From Pelagomonas calceolata (lineage: Eukaryota), in contig CAKKNE010000002.1 in assembly GCA_918797485.1 (NCBI GenBank), positions 2,790,001 through 2,854,000 of the forward strand: DNA of 64,000 nucleotides, read 5' to 3'. Below the pieces are notes generated by a model, which worked only from the letters and a program-made list of their open reading frames with translations, had not been told where the DNA came from and did not search any database. A program made the position numbers and the translations under genes. Position 1 is the first letter of the stretch. Each line of letters starts with the position of its first letter. Of the stretch, positions 1 through 11,007 are shown one piece after another.

Positions 1-1594
1 CGAGCATCGAAACCGCGGTCCGCCGCGCGGCCGCCGCCCGCCGCGACACAAAGGCCGCGCGGCGCCACTCGCGGAACGCCGCCGTGCAGCTCTCCGCCTG
101 CACGCGCCGGCGGCCGTGCAAGACAATGAACGCGGCGGCGGCGTACGCCCGCGGCCGCGGCGGCGGCGGGCGCAACGGAAGGAGCCACCGCGGACCGACC
201 CAGCGCGTGAATGCGCGCCGCATTCGCAGCACGTTCGCAGGTCTGCTCGCCCCTCTCAAAACGTAGAAGCCGAGCTTGCGCGCGAGGTCCCAGTGGCCTC
301 CTATCAAGTCACACGCGCCGTCGAGCCGGGCCGACGCGTGGTGCGCGCAGGCCACGGCCTTCTCGACCGCCCGCCGCGCGCCGCGCGCCGCGGCGCGGAC
401 GCGCCACTGGGACCACGCCCGCCGTGCCCGCGCCCGCGCGAGCGCCGCCGCCGTCGCTCTGAGCGCCACGTGCTTGGCCGCTTCGAGGGCGCGGCACCGG
501 ACAGGGGCCAGCAGCTCCGCCTGGCGGCGGCGCGCGTTAGCCGCCGCCACCGCCGCGAGGCATTGGACGCGGAAGACGCCGTGGCGGTGGATCCGGTCGT
601 GGTGCGCCAGGCGCGCCCAGGCCGCGCGCCGCGCCGCCGCCACGGCCATGGCGCCGCAGGCCCGGAGCGCCGCGCCGCGGTCCGCCCACTTCGGCCGGAC
701 GATTCGCGCCCACTGCTTTATGGCCCGCATCTTGCGCCGCCGATGCCATTTCCGATTCGCCGCGACCAGCGCGCCGCCGACCGCCGCGTGGCGCCGCCGA
801 CAATCCCCGCCGCGCCGGAGGCGGGCCAGCGCGGTGCGCTTCTCCGCGACGACGCGGAACTGGAGGACGCGGAGCAAGGCCCTCGTTGTCCGCGCCGCGC
901 ATCGCAGCTGATCGAGCGCGCGCAGCTTGCGTCGCCGGTTTTGCGAACGCGCCACGTTGGCGACTGCCGCGGTGACGGCCGTGCACGGCGTCGGGGCCGG
1001 GTTCGCGGTCGCGGCAGCTAGGACCCTCCCGAACGCGCGGAGGAGCAGTCGCCGGCGCCGAATACGGGTAGAGCGGTCGAGGGCGCGCGCGACGGCGTCG
1101 AGCCCCGCCCGCCGCCTCTGCTCCGAGCGGCGCCCAGCCTTGACGCCGCGTCCGAGCGCACGCCACGCGCCGTCGATAGAATTTCGGCGCCAGCGCGACG
1201 CACACGCTCCCAGCAACAGCGCGAGCGGCCGGAGGTCCGATCCGCGCAACGCGGTCCAGGCGCCCCGGAGCCGTCGCGTGGCGGAGGCGTCGACCGCGCG
1301 CCGCGCCGCGAGCACTACGGCGACGGCGGCCGGCGCCGCTTGCGCGAGCCGCGGCGGCGGTCCCGCGGGCGCGAGGGCTGCCCACGTCCGCCGTAGTTTG
1401 TCTTCGAGCAGGCCTTTGAGGAGCTGCGCGCCGGCGCCGCGGCGGCACGCGTCGCGGTTGACCCGCCGTACGCGCGGCTTCTCGAAGTTGTAACACGCCA
1501 CAGGCCGCTCCCGGGCCGGCGGCGGCGGGCAGTTCTCGACGCTGTACCGGCAACGCGTGAGCGCCCGCTCCTTCCGCAGGTGGGCTGCGATCAT
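1..1594 (-). CDS. Hypothetical Arg/Ala/Trp-rich helical protein (Sfi1-repeat-like), 3' end runs off the window
   Basis: Minus frame is open from ATG 1594 (MIAAHLRKERALTRCRYSVENCPPP...) to the window edge, with recurring W-containing motifs (RAWSQWR, AFTRW, AIKQW). Absent from the ORF track because no stop falls in the window. Confidence 0.55.
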   Translation of the reverse strand, partial: MIAAHLRKERALTRCRYSVENCPPPPARERPVACYNFEKPRVRRVNRDACRRGAGAQLLKGLLEDKLRRTWAALAPAGPPPRLAQAAPAAVAVVLAARRAVDASATRRLRGAWTALRGSDLRPLALLLGACASRWRRNSIDGAWRALGRGVKAGRRSEQRRRAGLDAVARALDRSTRIRRRRLLLRAFGRVLAAATANPAPTPCTAVTAAVANVARSQNRRRKLRALDQLRCAARTTRALLRVLQFRVVAEKRTALARLRRGGDCRRRHAAVGGALVAANRKWHRRRKMRAIKQWARIVRPKWADRGAALRACGAMAVAAARRAAWARLAHHDRIHRHGVFRVQCLAAVAAANARRRQAELLAPVRCRALEAAKHVALRATAAALARARARRAWSQWRVRAAARGARRAVEKAVACAHHASARLDGACDLIGGHWDLARKLGFYVLRGASRPANVLRMRRAFTRWVGPRWLLPLRPPPPRPRAYAAAAFIVLHGRRRVQAESCTAAFREWRRAAFVSRRAAAARRTAVSML

Positions 1595-2048
1595 CGGCTC
1601 ATCGCGGCACTTTCATCATCGGCTCGCATCATCGCGGCACTTTTCATCGTTGCATGCATTGGGGCTGCCTGGCGACCGCGTTCGGCCGCATTAGCTGCAC
1701 TCTGGACCACAGTTTGGCTTCGCAACCATGGCCCATGGCCAACGAAATTGACGGCGCGAACTCGAGCGCTCCAGTGGAGTCAGGAGGACACCTCGTTATG
1801 CTTCCCTTGGTGTTGTTACCGATCTAAGAGAGCGTCGACTAAAGCATTAAAACGGGTTTTACTCGGCCAAAATCGACTCTTTAATCGAGACAAAAGCCGC
1901 CCAATCTCTCGACCAAGTGCAGTTTCTGGCACCCAGCGTTAGTCCGCAGCTAGCCAGCAGCGGTGGGCAACCGATAACACCGTGAGGAGCTGCATCTGAG
2001 CCGCTGCATCTGACTGCTCGAGCAGCCGGGCAAAAAATAAAAATAAAA

Positions 2049-3261
2049 ATGCCCCGCAGCGGCGAGCTCGAGGCCGGGAGCAAGGACGAGCTCGAGACCG
2101 TGGCGCTCGTCGACGACGCCGACGCGGTGCGGCAGCGGCACGGCGCGCCGCGGTCGCCGACGGCCGCGCGCAAGACGACGACGAGCGCGCCGTCGTCGTC
2201 CGCGGCCGAGGTCACGCGCAAGGCGCTCTTCGTGGGCCTGGCGGCGCTGCTCATCTGCTCGTCGGGCTTGTGCATCCGCGAGGCGGAAGATGACGAGGGT
2301 AATATAACCTACGCCGCGACGTCCGTCACCTTATTCAGCGAGATGCTCAAGCTGAGCCTCGCGCTCGTCATCACGCTGACGTCGGACGCGCCGCGGCAGA
2401 AAATCGACGCCCGGACGGCGGCCTACTTCCTGCCCGGCGCCGTCGGGTATCTGGCCGTGAACAACGTGCGCTACTTCATGCTCGAGCAGGTGAACCCGGG
2501 CCTCATGGCCATCGTCTGGAACCTGAAGATCTGCGTCATCGGGTTGCTCTACGCGCTGCCGCCGTTCCGGCGGGCCTTCACGCGGTTCCAGTGGGCGGGC
2601 GCGGGCCTGCTCGTCGTCGGCTCGACGCTCGCCGAGGTCTCCCAGTGGGGCGCGACCGACGAGTTCGGCCAGAGCAACACGGGCGGGACCCTCGGTTTGG
2701 AGGTCGTCGCCGGCGCGCTCGTCCTCACGTCGGCGTCGGCCGTCGCGACGGAGTACGCCTACAAGGTGACGGACCTGCCGCTGTCGCGGCAGAACGTCAT
2801 CCTCTACACCTACGGCTGTTTGTTAAATCTGCTGACGGCCCTCGTCTGGCGGTCCCTCGAGGGCCAGTCCTCGGTCCCGTTCACGCGCGGCTTCACGGCC
2901 TGGACGTGGGCCGTCGTCGCCGCGCAGGCGGCCTCGGGCTACGCCATCGGCGCGCTGCTGAAGTACGTCGACGCCATCGGCCAGGTCTTCGCCGACGTCA
3001 TCGCGATGCTCATCACGGTTGTTTTCAGAGTCGTAGCTTTTGGTATATATATCTTACGTGTTAATGACGCAGGTGACGGTGTCGACGCTGCTCTTCGACC
3101 TCGACATGAACTTCCTGTACGCGGTCGCGCTGCTGCTCTCCGCCGCGTCGCTCGGGGTCTACTACTCGGACCTGATCACGACGGCCCTCGAGGCGCGGCG
3201 TGCGGCGCGTGCGCGGCAGATCGAACTCGTGCCGCCGAAGGCCGACGCGTGCTGAGGCTAG
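2049..3261 (+). CDS. Nucleotide-sugar transporter (SLC35A-like), 2 exons (2049-3017, 3073-3261); candidate C-terminal selenoprotein ending ...DAC-U-G
   Basis: Multi-TM protein with family motifs (SEMLKL, YLAVNNVRY, WNLKI, QWAGAGLLVVG, LKYVDAI). A phase-0 GT..AG intron at 3018-3072 restores AMLIT|VTVSTLLF. Ends TGC TGA GGC TAG; 3255 is the end if TGA is a stop. Confidence 0.85.
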
Positions 3262-3289
3262 GGGCGCTCTGTGGCGTCGTCGTCGTGGC

Positions 3290-3342
3290 CGGTCCCCGTG
3301 ACGGCGCGGATCCCTCTACAGGGGGCCCGCGCCCGACGACCG
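3290..3342 (+). promoter_or_regulatory. Candidate SECIS element of the transporter mRNA
   Basis: Lower helix CGGTC/GACCG, core GTGAC(3298-3302)/CGAC(3334-3337), upper helix GGCGCGG/CCGCGCC and apical stem CCCTC/GGGGG. Confidence 0.7.
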
Positions 3343-3399
3343 TTCGCGTGGCGGCGACGATTGTGTGTTAATGAAATTCGCAGATAAGGACTCTCGCAT

Positions 3400-4190
3400 T
3401 TGTGCTAGTGTATCGACTACAACTCCTTATGAGCTGAGGGGAGAGAGAGGAAACGACACGCGGGGTAAGAGGACGATGTGGGGGTAAACAGTGCAGGAGG
3501 AACATGACGGCCCTGAAGAAGACCGTTCGGACCCGGAGGGGCGTGGAGCCCGTCCACCCGGAAGGTGCAGCCGGTCCAGTCGTCGCGCGCCTCGTTCTTG
3601 TGGTTGTTCTCGTCCGTCGCCATGCCTGCGGAGGGCCTCGCGGTGCTCGGCGAACGCGTGATGGGCGCGCGGGGGCGCGGCGGTGTGTTTGAGCCGCCGC
3701 CCGCGCGGTCGACTCGGTCGTCGGCGCCGACCTTCGCGCGACGCGCGGCGGCGCCTCGGGGCCGGCGCGCGCGTCACGAGGCGCTCTCGCGCGGCGGAGC
3801 GTGGAGGAGGCGGCGGGCGCGGCTCAGGGACGCGGGAAGCGCGGTACCTTCGAACGTCGATGTTGTGAATCAAACTGCCTGTTGAAGGACCTCCGTGCGG
3901 CGCTGCAGCGCGTCCGCGCAGGTCGCCGAGGCTCGTCGTCGAGCGCCTGGGTCCGTTCCGTCGCCGCGCTGTGGCCCTGGTCCACCGCGCCGCGCTTTTG
4001 CGGCGTCGACGGCCGCCGCCCCCAGATCGTTCTGCGCTCTGCGATTTTTTTGATTCGCAAAGGGGCCTTGCGCCCCCCGGCCGGGTCCGCGGCCCCCGCG
4101 CGGCGCGGGAGGGCTCGGGGGCCTTGGGGGGACGGGTACTAGCTCGGTAAAGCGCGGTCAAGCGGCTAGCCGTCGCCGCGCCATTGCCTG
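3400..4190. repeat. Dispersed ~0.8 kb repeat, copy 1 (putative non-autonomous mobile element)
   Basis: Near-identical by eye to 35090-35985 and 59858-60612; starts TATCGACTACAACTCCTTATGAGCTG. Confidence 0.9.
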
Positions 4191-4242
4191 GAACTGAGGC
4201 CGACGCCGCCGACGGAAGAAACACACAAAAAGACTTACCGAG

Positions 4243-5478
4243 TCACCGAGTCGACTGCGGCGGCGAGTAGTCGTCGCCCCACGTGAGGAACCTCGAGTCC
4301 GCCCCGGGGTCGAGCCGGCCCCGCCGCCGCGCGGGCAGTTCCGGCGCGGACCGCGGGCCCGCGTCGGGCGACCGCTGGCTCGGCGGCGGCGTCGCCGGCG
4401 GCGCGACGCCCAGCACGGCCGCCTGGGCCCGCCCGAGGTCCAGCGCGTTCGGCTGCGCCGCGCGCACGGGCGGCGGCGGAAAGCGGCTCGCGCTCGCAGC
4501 GGGCGGCGGGACCAGCGTCGCCCGGCGCAGCGCCACGAACCGCCTGAAGAACGACGCGGCCGTGCAGCGGCCCTTCGACGCCATCCTGACCGCCTCCCGG
4601 GCCCGCCGGCGCTGCCGCCGGTGGCGCCGCGCCGCGGCCACCGTCACGAGCGCGTCGATGCGCGTGTCGCCGCTGCTCACCATCGCGGACAGCGCCGCGT
4701 GCGTCAGGAGCGTCGCGAAGGCGCGGGCGCGCGCGAGCTTCCGCAGGTAGACGTGCGGGGAGACGGACCGGCGCACGACGTCGCCGTCGACGTGCGACGC
4801 TTCGACGGGCCGCGCCGCGTAGGCGAAGCCGTAGAGGTCCGCGAGGGTCTGGCGCGCGGGCGGCGCGATGCCGATCTCGACGGGCGGCGGCGGCCGCGGC
4901 GGCGACAGCGCCGCGACGTCGACGCAGTGCGCCCCCGCGAGCGGCCCGTGGTGGGCCTTGGCGATTGCCGCGTCGCGCAGCAGCGCGTCGAGCGGCACGG
5001 CGCCCTGGCCCACGACGCACGTGAAGGCCGCGTCGCGCGGGTCCAGAAAGGCGACGGCCGTCACGGCCAGCCCCGCCGCCTCGAGGCGCGCCAGGCCCAC
5101 GGCGCGGGCGCCCGCGCGGCGTGGCGCGGCCCAGTCGCCCTCGACGACGCGGACGCCGTGCTCGAGGAACTCGTCCTCGAGCGTCGTCGGATTTTGGGGA
5201 GTGGGGCCGGGCGCGGGCCGCCGCTCGCGGCCGTGGTGCGTCGTGTCCATGCCGCTGCCGAGGCCGCTGCCCAGGCCGGACGTGGCGAGCGACGCCGCGA
5301 CGGCGTCGACCGAGCTGCTCAGCGACGCCGCCACGGCCTCGAGGTCCTCGTCGTCGCTCGCCGCCTCGTGGAGGCCCAGGGCCTCGATGCCCACGACGAG
5401 GCCCTCCGGGGATCTCGCGTGCTTGAGCGTGTGCTTGACCGCGGCTTTCGAGGTCTTGGTGCGGGCGGCGCGGCCCAT
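4243..5478 (-). CDS. Hypothetical protein
   Basis: ORF with GC3-biased codons, MGRAARTKTSKAAVKHTLKH...; no family recognised. Confidence 0.6.
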   Translation of the reverse strand: MGRAARTKTSKAAVKHTLKHARSPEGLVVGIEALGLHEAASDDEDLEAVAASLSSSVDAVAASLATSGLGSGLGSGMDTTHHGRERRPAPGPTPQNPTTLEDEFLEHGVRVVEGDWAAPRRAGARAVGLARLEAAGLAVTAVAFLDPRDAAFTCVVGQGAVPLDALLRDAAIAKAHHGPLAGAHCVDVAALSPPRPPPPVEIGIAPPARQTLADLYGFAYAARPVEASHVDGDVVRRSVSPHVYLRKLARARAFATLLTHAALSAMVSSGDTRIDALVTVAAARRHRRQRRRAREAVRMASKGRCTAASFFRRFVALRRATLVPPPAASASRFPPPPVRAAQPNALDLGRAQAAVLGVAPPATPPPSQRSPDAGPRSAPELPARRRGRLDPGADSRFLTWGDDYSPPQSTR

Positions 5479-5724
5479 GGTTTCGAGTTGGCGCCTGCGT
5501 CTAGCGGTCCTCTGGCCCAACGGGCGCGTCTAATCAGCACACCAACAGGCTTATATCCACCGCCCAGGTGCGTGCACATGTGTGCCCACGATGCTCGCTA
5601 GCGTAACAAAGGTGCTAGCCTAGCCCTTGCAACGGGGACATAGCTTGTTCAGCCCCAGCCAGTGGCTTGTTTAGCCCAACCAGTGGTCACTCTCGGTCCC
5701 CTCTGAAGCTCGCCCCGCGAAACC

Positions 5725-6342
5725 ATGCGCAGCTACGCCCTCCTCCTCGCCTCCGCGGCCAGCGCCTACCCCGTCGCCCCACGACGGGCGCTGCGCAGTA
5801 CAAGCTTGCGCGCCGCCCCCGAGGTCTCGGAGCAGCAGTCCTGGATGATCGACTACATGGCCAAGGCCCACACGGCGCGCCTCGAGGCCGTGCAACGGGC
5901 CAAGGCGGAGGCCGCCGCCGAGATGGAGGCGCGCATCAAGGAGCTCGAGGCGCAGATCGCCGCGGCGCCCGCGCCGCCCGCCGCGCCGGCGCCCGCGGCC
6001 GCGCCGGCGCCGGCGCCGGCGCCGCCGAAGGCCGCGGCGCCGGCCGCGCCCGCGCCCACGCCGGCCGCGCCCGCGGTCCCCGCGGTCCCCGCGTCGGGTG
6101 CTGCGGTCGCCATCAACGCGGCCTACGCGCGGCGCAAGGGCTCGAAGCAGGTCGCGTCGCGGTGGGGGCCCGAGGAGCTCGCGCGCCTCGAGGCGCTCGA
6201 CACGTCCGCCGTCGCCGCGGCGCCCGCGGCCGCGGCGCCCGCCGCGCCGGCGGTGGACGTCGACGCGGCGTACGCGCGGCGCACAGCCAACACCAAGAAG
6301 ATGTCGAGCCGTTGGGGCGCGTCCGAGCTCAACCGCATCTGA
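5725..6342 (+). CDS. Probable plastid-targeted Ala/Pro-rich protein with two AAYARR..SRWG..EL.R repeats
   Basis: Signal peptide MRSYALLLASAASAY, a coiled-coil segment, AP-rich linkers and a duplicated motif. Confidence 0.75.
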   Translation: MRSYALLLASAASAYPVAPRRALRSTSLRAAPEVSEQQSWMIDYMAKAHTARLEAVQRAKAEAAAEMEARIKELEAQIAAAPAPPAAPAPAAAPAPAPAPPKAAAPAAPAPTPAAPAVPAVPASGAAVAINAAYARRKGSKQVASRWGPEELARLEALDTSAVAAAPAAAAPAAPAVDVDAAYARRTANTKKMSSRWGASELNRI

Positions 6343-6668
6343 GAATTCCTGTTTGCATATAGAATATATACCGTCAGATTCACTTTTTCGGACGTTCGAG
6401 GGCGTTGACGCTCGTGTTGTACGACGCGTAGCTTGAAAAACCCGACCCACCCAGAGCTGGGAGCATGCTTGCAAGTTAATGCAACCGCTGTGTTTTCGTC
6501 GTTGTCAATAGCCATTCGCTGGTTCGTTGACAATTTCATCCCACAGCACGCGGGCGAGAGCTCTGATTAATTGAGCACGGGAAGCGAGAGCTGAAACGCC
6601 TCCGTCTTGCAGAGCCAAAGCATCAAAGCCTTGCGCCGCACAATCATTGAACAACTATCACCCAAAGA

Positions 6669-7667
6669 ATGCTGCTCTGCCTCCTCGCCACCGCGCAAGC
6701 CGCGACGCCCACGAGGACAACACCAGCAGCAGCCAAACCGCAGCTCCTCCCGGCCGAAGCCTGGGACCGCATCCGCACGGGCCGCGTCCACGTCGAGCGC
6801 GACTTCATCGACGCGACTCTCGCGCAGCGCCTGCGCGCCGACGCGACGCTGCTCCAGGAGCGCGGCTTGTTCCGGCCTGACGGCCTGTCGCGGCTCGGCG
6901 AGGCAAAGGAGCGCCAGGGCTTCAACCGCGGCGACCGCCAGACCTACGCCGGCGGCTGGGAGGCGAGCGAGGGCGACTCGGCCGCGCGCCGCCTCCTCGC
7001 TGGGAAGCTCGCGGCGCTGCGCCGGGAGGCGGCCCTGGCGCTGCGGCGACCCTCCATGGGCCGTGCCGGCGCCGTCGCGGACGAGCGGTCATACAATTGG
7101 TACGAACCTGGGGCCTCCCTAAGACGCCACGGCGACGAGTTCCACGAGGAGACCAAGGGCCCGAAAGGCTGGCTCCTGCCCACGCGCCGATCTCTCACGT
7201 GGCTGCTTTATCTAAATAAGGAGTGGCGCGCGGAAGAGGGGGGCGCGTTGCGCGCCTACGAGCGCGCGCGGCCCTGCGACCACGCCGTCGGCGCGACGGA
7301 CGACGGCGACGTGCAGGTGGGATGGGTCGGCGAGGACCGCGAGGTGCCCGTGTTTTTTGGGGAAGACGAGCACGGCGAGCGCGTTCTTTATGACGCTTTG
7401 GGGCACGTGCGCGGCGGCTGCGCGGCCGGCGTGGCGGCGCCGCCATTGGCCACGATCGCGGACGCGGGCGTCCGGCTCATCCGTGGAAGCCTCGACCGCA
7501 ACGAGGCGCCGCCGGCGGGCGAAGCAATCCAGGACATACGACCGGTCGCCGGGACCCTACTTCTCTTCGACAGCATCGCCGTGCCGCACGAGGTCCTCGC
7601 CGTGACGGCGGAGCGGCCGCGCGTCGCGTGCACGGGCTGGTTCCACGAGCTGCTCCCCGCGCCATAG
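6669..7667 (+). CDS. 2OG-Fe(II) oxygenase (prolyl-hydroxylase-like) with N-terminal targeting peptide
   Basis: Motifs YEPGASLRRHGD, LTWLLYLN..W..EEGGALR, PVAGTLLLFDS..PHEV and R..CTGWF. Confidence 0.8.
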   Translation: MLLCLLATAQAATPTRTTPAAAKPQLLPAEAWDRIRTGRVHVERDFIDATLAQRLRADATLLQERGLFRPDGLSRLGEAKERQGFNRGDRQTYAGGWEASEGDSAARRLLAGKLAALRREAALALRRPSMGRAGAVADERSYNWYEPGASLRRHGDEFHEETKGPKGWLLPTRRSLTWLLYLNKEWRAEEGGALRAYERARPCDHAVGATDDGDVQVGWVGEDREVPVFFGEDEHGERVLYDALGHVRGGCAAGVAAPPLATIADAGVRLIRGSLDRNEAPPAGEAIQDIRPVAGTLLLFDSIAVPHEVLAVTAERPRVACTGWFHELLPAP

Positions 7668-7755
7668 ATGTAACGACTGTTTTGTGCGATTTAAATAGGT
7701 TTCTTAATTGCGGACAGGACCTAGCAAGTGCGAGAGCGGGGGAGGACAACACGTC

Positions 7756-9576
7756 CTACTTCCTCATCTTTTTGGACGCGCCCGGCGCGGCCGCGGCCTT
7801 GCGCTTCGCGAGGCCCGCCGGGAACATCTTCGCCGCGGCGAGGACGAAGCCGAAGAAGGGCGGGCTCGGGTTCTGCGGCCGGCTCTTGAACTCCGGGTGG
7901 AATTGGGCCGCGAAGTAGAACGGGTGCGCCGTGCGCGGCAGCTCGACGATCTCCATGCGCGTGTTCGTGTCGTCCTTGCCGACGAAGCGGAGGCCCGCCT
8001 TTTCCAGCTCGGGCACGACGTCGGGGTTCACCTCGTAGCGGTGCCGGTGGCGCTCCGGCACGGAGGCCGCGCCGCGGTAGACCAAGGACGCGATCGACGC
8101 CTCGCCCTTCTTCGTCCAGGCGTCCTCGTGGATGATCGTGTCGCGCGCGCCCAGGCGCATCGTGCCGCCCATCTCGCCCTTCTCGCCGAGGGCCTCCGGC
8201 ATGAAGATGACGGTCGGCTTCTCGCACTCCTTGTCGAACTCCGTCGAGTGCGCGCCGGCCCAGCCCAGCTTGTTGCGGGCGTACTCGACGACGGCGACCT
8301 GCATGCCCAGGCAGACGCCGAGGTAGGGCTTCTTCTGCTCGCGACAGAACTTGGCGCACGCGATCATGCCCTCGACGCCCCGTACCCCAAAGCCGCCGGG
8401 CACGACGACGCCGTCGGCGTTCTTGACCTTCTCCCAGGCCTCCTCGCCGCCCTCGGCGCCCGGCTCGAGCTTCTCCGAGTCCACGTACTCGAGGTCTAGG
8501 CGTCTTCCGCACTCGATCGACGAATGTTTGAGAGCCTTGTAGACCGACAAGTAGGCATCTTGTAAATTGGTATACTTGCCAACGAGCGCGATGGTCACGG
8601 CCTCAGTGAAGGTCTCGATCGATTCCGCCATGGCGCGCCAGGCCGCGAGGTCGCAGCGGCCTTCCCGCTGCGCGGCCATGCCGCAGTCCCTTGTTAGTTC
8701 GAGGCGGTTCCTCAAAATCTCGTCCATGCCCTGCTTCTCGAGCATGAGCGGGACGTGGTAGATGTTCGGCACGTCGTGCACGCTGAGGACGCGCGACGGG
8801 TCGACGTGGCAAAAGATGCCGAGTTTCTTCCGCGTGGCCTCCTCGAGCTCGGACTCGCCGCGGCAGACGATGACGTCCGGCGACAGGCCCAATCCTCTCA
8901 ACTCCTTGACGCCGTGCTGCGTCGGCTTCGTTTTTTGCTCGCCGACCACACCTAGACACGGCACCAGCGAGACGTGCACGAGACAAAAGTTCTCGCGCTT
9001 CACCTGGAACTGGAACTGCCGGAGAGCCTCCAAGAACACGGCAGACTCGATGTCGCCGACCGTGCCGCCCACTTCAACTAAACACACGTCCGGCGCGCCG
9101 GGCCGGCCGTCGGTCGGCACGCGCGCAACTTTTTCGATCCACTCCTGGATCTCGTTCGTCACGTGGGGCACGACCTGGACCGTCTTGCCCAGGTAGTCGC
9201 CCTTGCGCTCCCGCTCGATGACCTTGGCGTAGACCTTGCCCGTCGTGATGTTGTGGTCCCGCGTCAGAGCCAAGTCCAAAAAGCGCTCGTAGTTGCCCAG
9301 GTCCAAATCGGTCTCGCCACCATCATCTAAGACAAAGGTCTCGCCGTGCTCGAAGGGGCTCATCGTGCCCGCGTCCGTGTTTAGGTAGGGGTCGATCTTG
9401 ATCGATGTGACGCGCAACCCATTGGCCTTGAGCAATCTACCAATGGACGAAATCGTGATACCCTTGCCCAGGCCGCTCACGACGCCGCCCGTCACGACGA
9501 TGTACTTCATCTGGCGCTGGGGCGCCGCGGCGGCGGCTCCTGGCGTCGCGGCGGCGGGCGTCACGGGCGTGGCCAT
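7756..9576 (-). CDS. CTPS: CTP synthase
   Basis: [36 protein letters not shown], glutaminase [15 protein letters not shown] and QFHPEF. Confidence 0.98.
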   Translation of the reverse strand: MATPVTPAAATPGAAAAAPQRQMKYIVVTGGVVSGLGKGITISSIGRLLKANGLRVTSIKIDPYLNTDAGTMSPFEHGETFVLDDGGETDLDLGNYERFLDLALTRDHNITTGKVYAKVIERERKGDYLGKTVQVVPHVTNEIQEWIEKVARVPTDGRPGAPDVCLVEVGGTVGDIESAVFLEALRQFQFQVKRENFCLVHVSLVPCLGVVGEQKTKPTQHGVKELRGLGLSPDVIVCRGESELEEATRKKLGIFCHVDPSRVLSVHDVPNIYHVPLMLEKQGMDEILRNRLELTRDCGMAAQREGRCDLAAWRAMAESIETFTEAVTIALVGKYTNLQDAYLSVYKALKHSSIECGRRLDLEYVDSEKLEPGAEGGEEAWEKVKNADGVVVPGGFGVRGVEGMIACAKFCREQKKPYLGVCLGMQVAVVEYARNKLGWAGAHSTEFDKECEKPTVIFMPEALGEKGEMGGTMRLGARDTIIHEDAWTKKGEASIASLVYRGAASVPERHRHRYEVNPDVVPELEKAGLRFVGKDDTNTRMEIVELPRTAHPFYFAAQFHPEFKSRPQNPSPPFFGFVLAAAKMFPAGLAKRKAAAAPGASKKMRK

Positions 9577-10087
9577 TTAGTGCGGCGTTGCCGGACCTGC
9601 GGCGGCGTCGGGCGTGAGGCGTGGGTGTGTGGGCGCTGCGCGAGGCGTCGCCGCGCCGCCGCGGCCGAGCACTGCTCCGGGCGACATTTGAATGCCCGGC
9701 CGCGAACTCGCGCTGCAGCTCGCGCGCGGCCTGGATCTCTCGCGATGCGCGAGCGTGGTACAAGTGCTCGTTTTACGCGCTGTCTTTGACCGCTCGGTGC
9801 AACACGGCGCCTGGAGTGCTGCTAAAATGGCCGGTGCTGTTTTGCTTTGACAACCCGGGCGAATTGAGTCCGCCTTGCGCGAGCGCTCCTTCGACGGCTG
9901 CCCGGCCTTCGTGAAGGCTGCATCTACCGCGCAGAGGCGTGTGCTTTGCCGCTGAAAAACCCGTGCTTGCACTTGCAGTCTGTGTTTTTTCAGTGTCAGC
10001 GCCTCCGTAGAGCGACAGACACACCTGTGAGCAGCTTAAATCACCGCCGTAGATCCGCCGCACCACACTCGCAACCAAAGACCCGCC

Positions 10088-10534
10088 ATGATTCGCCGGA
10101 CGCTCGCCTGCGCGCTGGCCATCGCCGGCGCTACAGCGTTCGTCGCCGCGCCGCCGGCGCGCGCCGCCACGGCCCTCTGCGCCAGCCACGGCAAGCGTGG
10201 TTTCAAGAAGCTGTCACTTCCTGCTGACCAGCGCAAGGCGCTGCTGCGTTCGCTCACGACGGAGACGATCCGCCACGGCCGCATCACGACGACGCACACG
10301 CGCGCCAAGGAGGTCCAGAAGCACGTGGACAAGATGATCACGCTCGGCAAGCGCGGCGACCTGCACGCGCGGCGCCAGGCCATGGCCTGGATGTACGACA
10401 AGCAGCTCGTGCACGCGCTCTTCGACTCGGCGGCGGGCCGCTACGCCGACCGCGAGGGCGGCTACACGCGCGTGCTGCGCACGATGCCGCGGGCGGGCGA
10501 TAACGCGCCCATGGGCATCCTCGAGCTCGTCTAA
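10088..10534 (+). CDS. rpl17: Plastid 50S ribosomal protein bL17, nucleus-encoded
   Basis: Bipartite leader (…GATAF); [33 protein letters not shown] and GGYTRV. Confidence 0.93.
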   Translation: MIRRTLACALAIAGATAFVAAPPARAATALCASHGKRGFKKLSLPADQRKALLRSLTTETIRHGRITTTHTRAKEVQKHVDKMITLGKRGDLHARRQAMAWMYDKQLVHALFDSAAGRYADREGGYTRVLRTMPRAGDNAPMGILELV

Positions 10535-11007
10535 GGCTCGGGGTCGTTCGCCGCGAGAAAAGGACGTGTTTAATAATACTTACGAAGTAGTCGCGTCGGC
10601 ACACGCGCGTTCGGTCGTTTCGCCGCGACCGCGCCGGGATCGTACAGACTGGGTAGCCTTCCCGGGCTTGGCGCGTGGACGCGGGCGTACGGCGGGGCCA
10701 AAACACGGGAGGCAGACCGCCCGCGGTACTGGGGTATGACTTGAGGCTTACAACTCCTCGCCGGGGGCGCCCCTAGCCCTGCAAAAAATCGCACAGAACC
10801 CGTACTAGTAGCGCAAGTACTTGAGTACTCGGGAGCAGAGCTGTGAAATGACTCCCTAGCGCGCACATTTATTCACAAGAATTGCTGCGTAACTAATAAA
10901 ACGGAACCAGGCCGGCGGCGGCGGCGAACGAACAAAAAAACGCCGCGGCGCCCGCCAGTCACAGCCTACAAACAAAGTCAAGAGAACAAATTCGGTCGGC
11001 TGCCGCC

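Noticed and set aside
1591..1648. Short tandem duplication at the start of the first gene
   Set aside because: Simple local slippage with no supportable function.
2049..3371. Unspliced 440-aa version of the transporter from the ORF track
   Set aside because: It reads through an AT-rich GT..AG intron and loses the final TM helices encoded in the other frame.
3504..3550. ATGACGGCC...AAGAAG in the dispersed repeat as a mobile SECIS
   Set aside because: No convincing stem with a correctly placed 3' GA, and the genes upstream of copies 2 and 3 have no recodable TGA.
10740..10810. Short matches to the dispersed repeat (TACAACTCCT, AAAAAATCGCA)
   Set aside because: Matches are 10-11 nt in mixed orientations, which is insufficient for homology.
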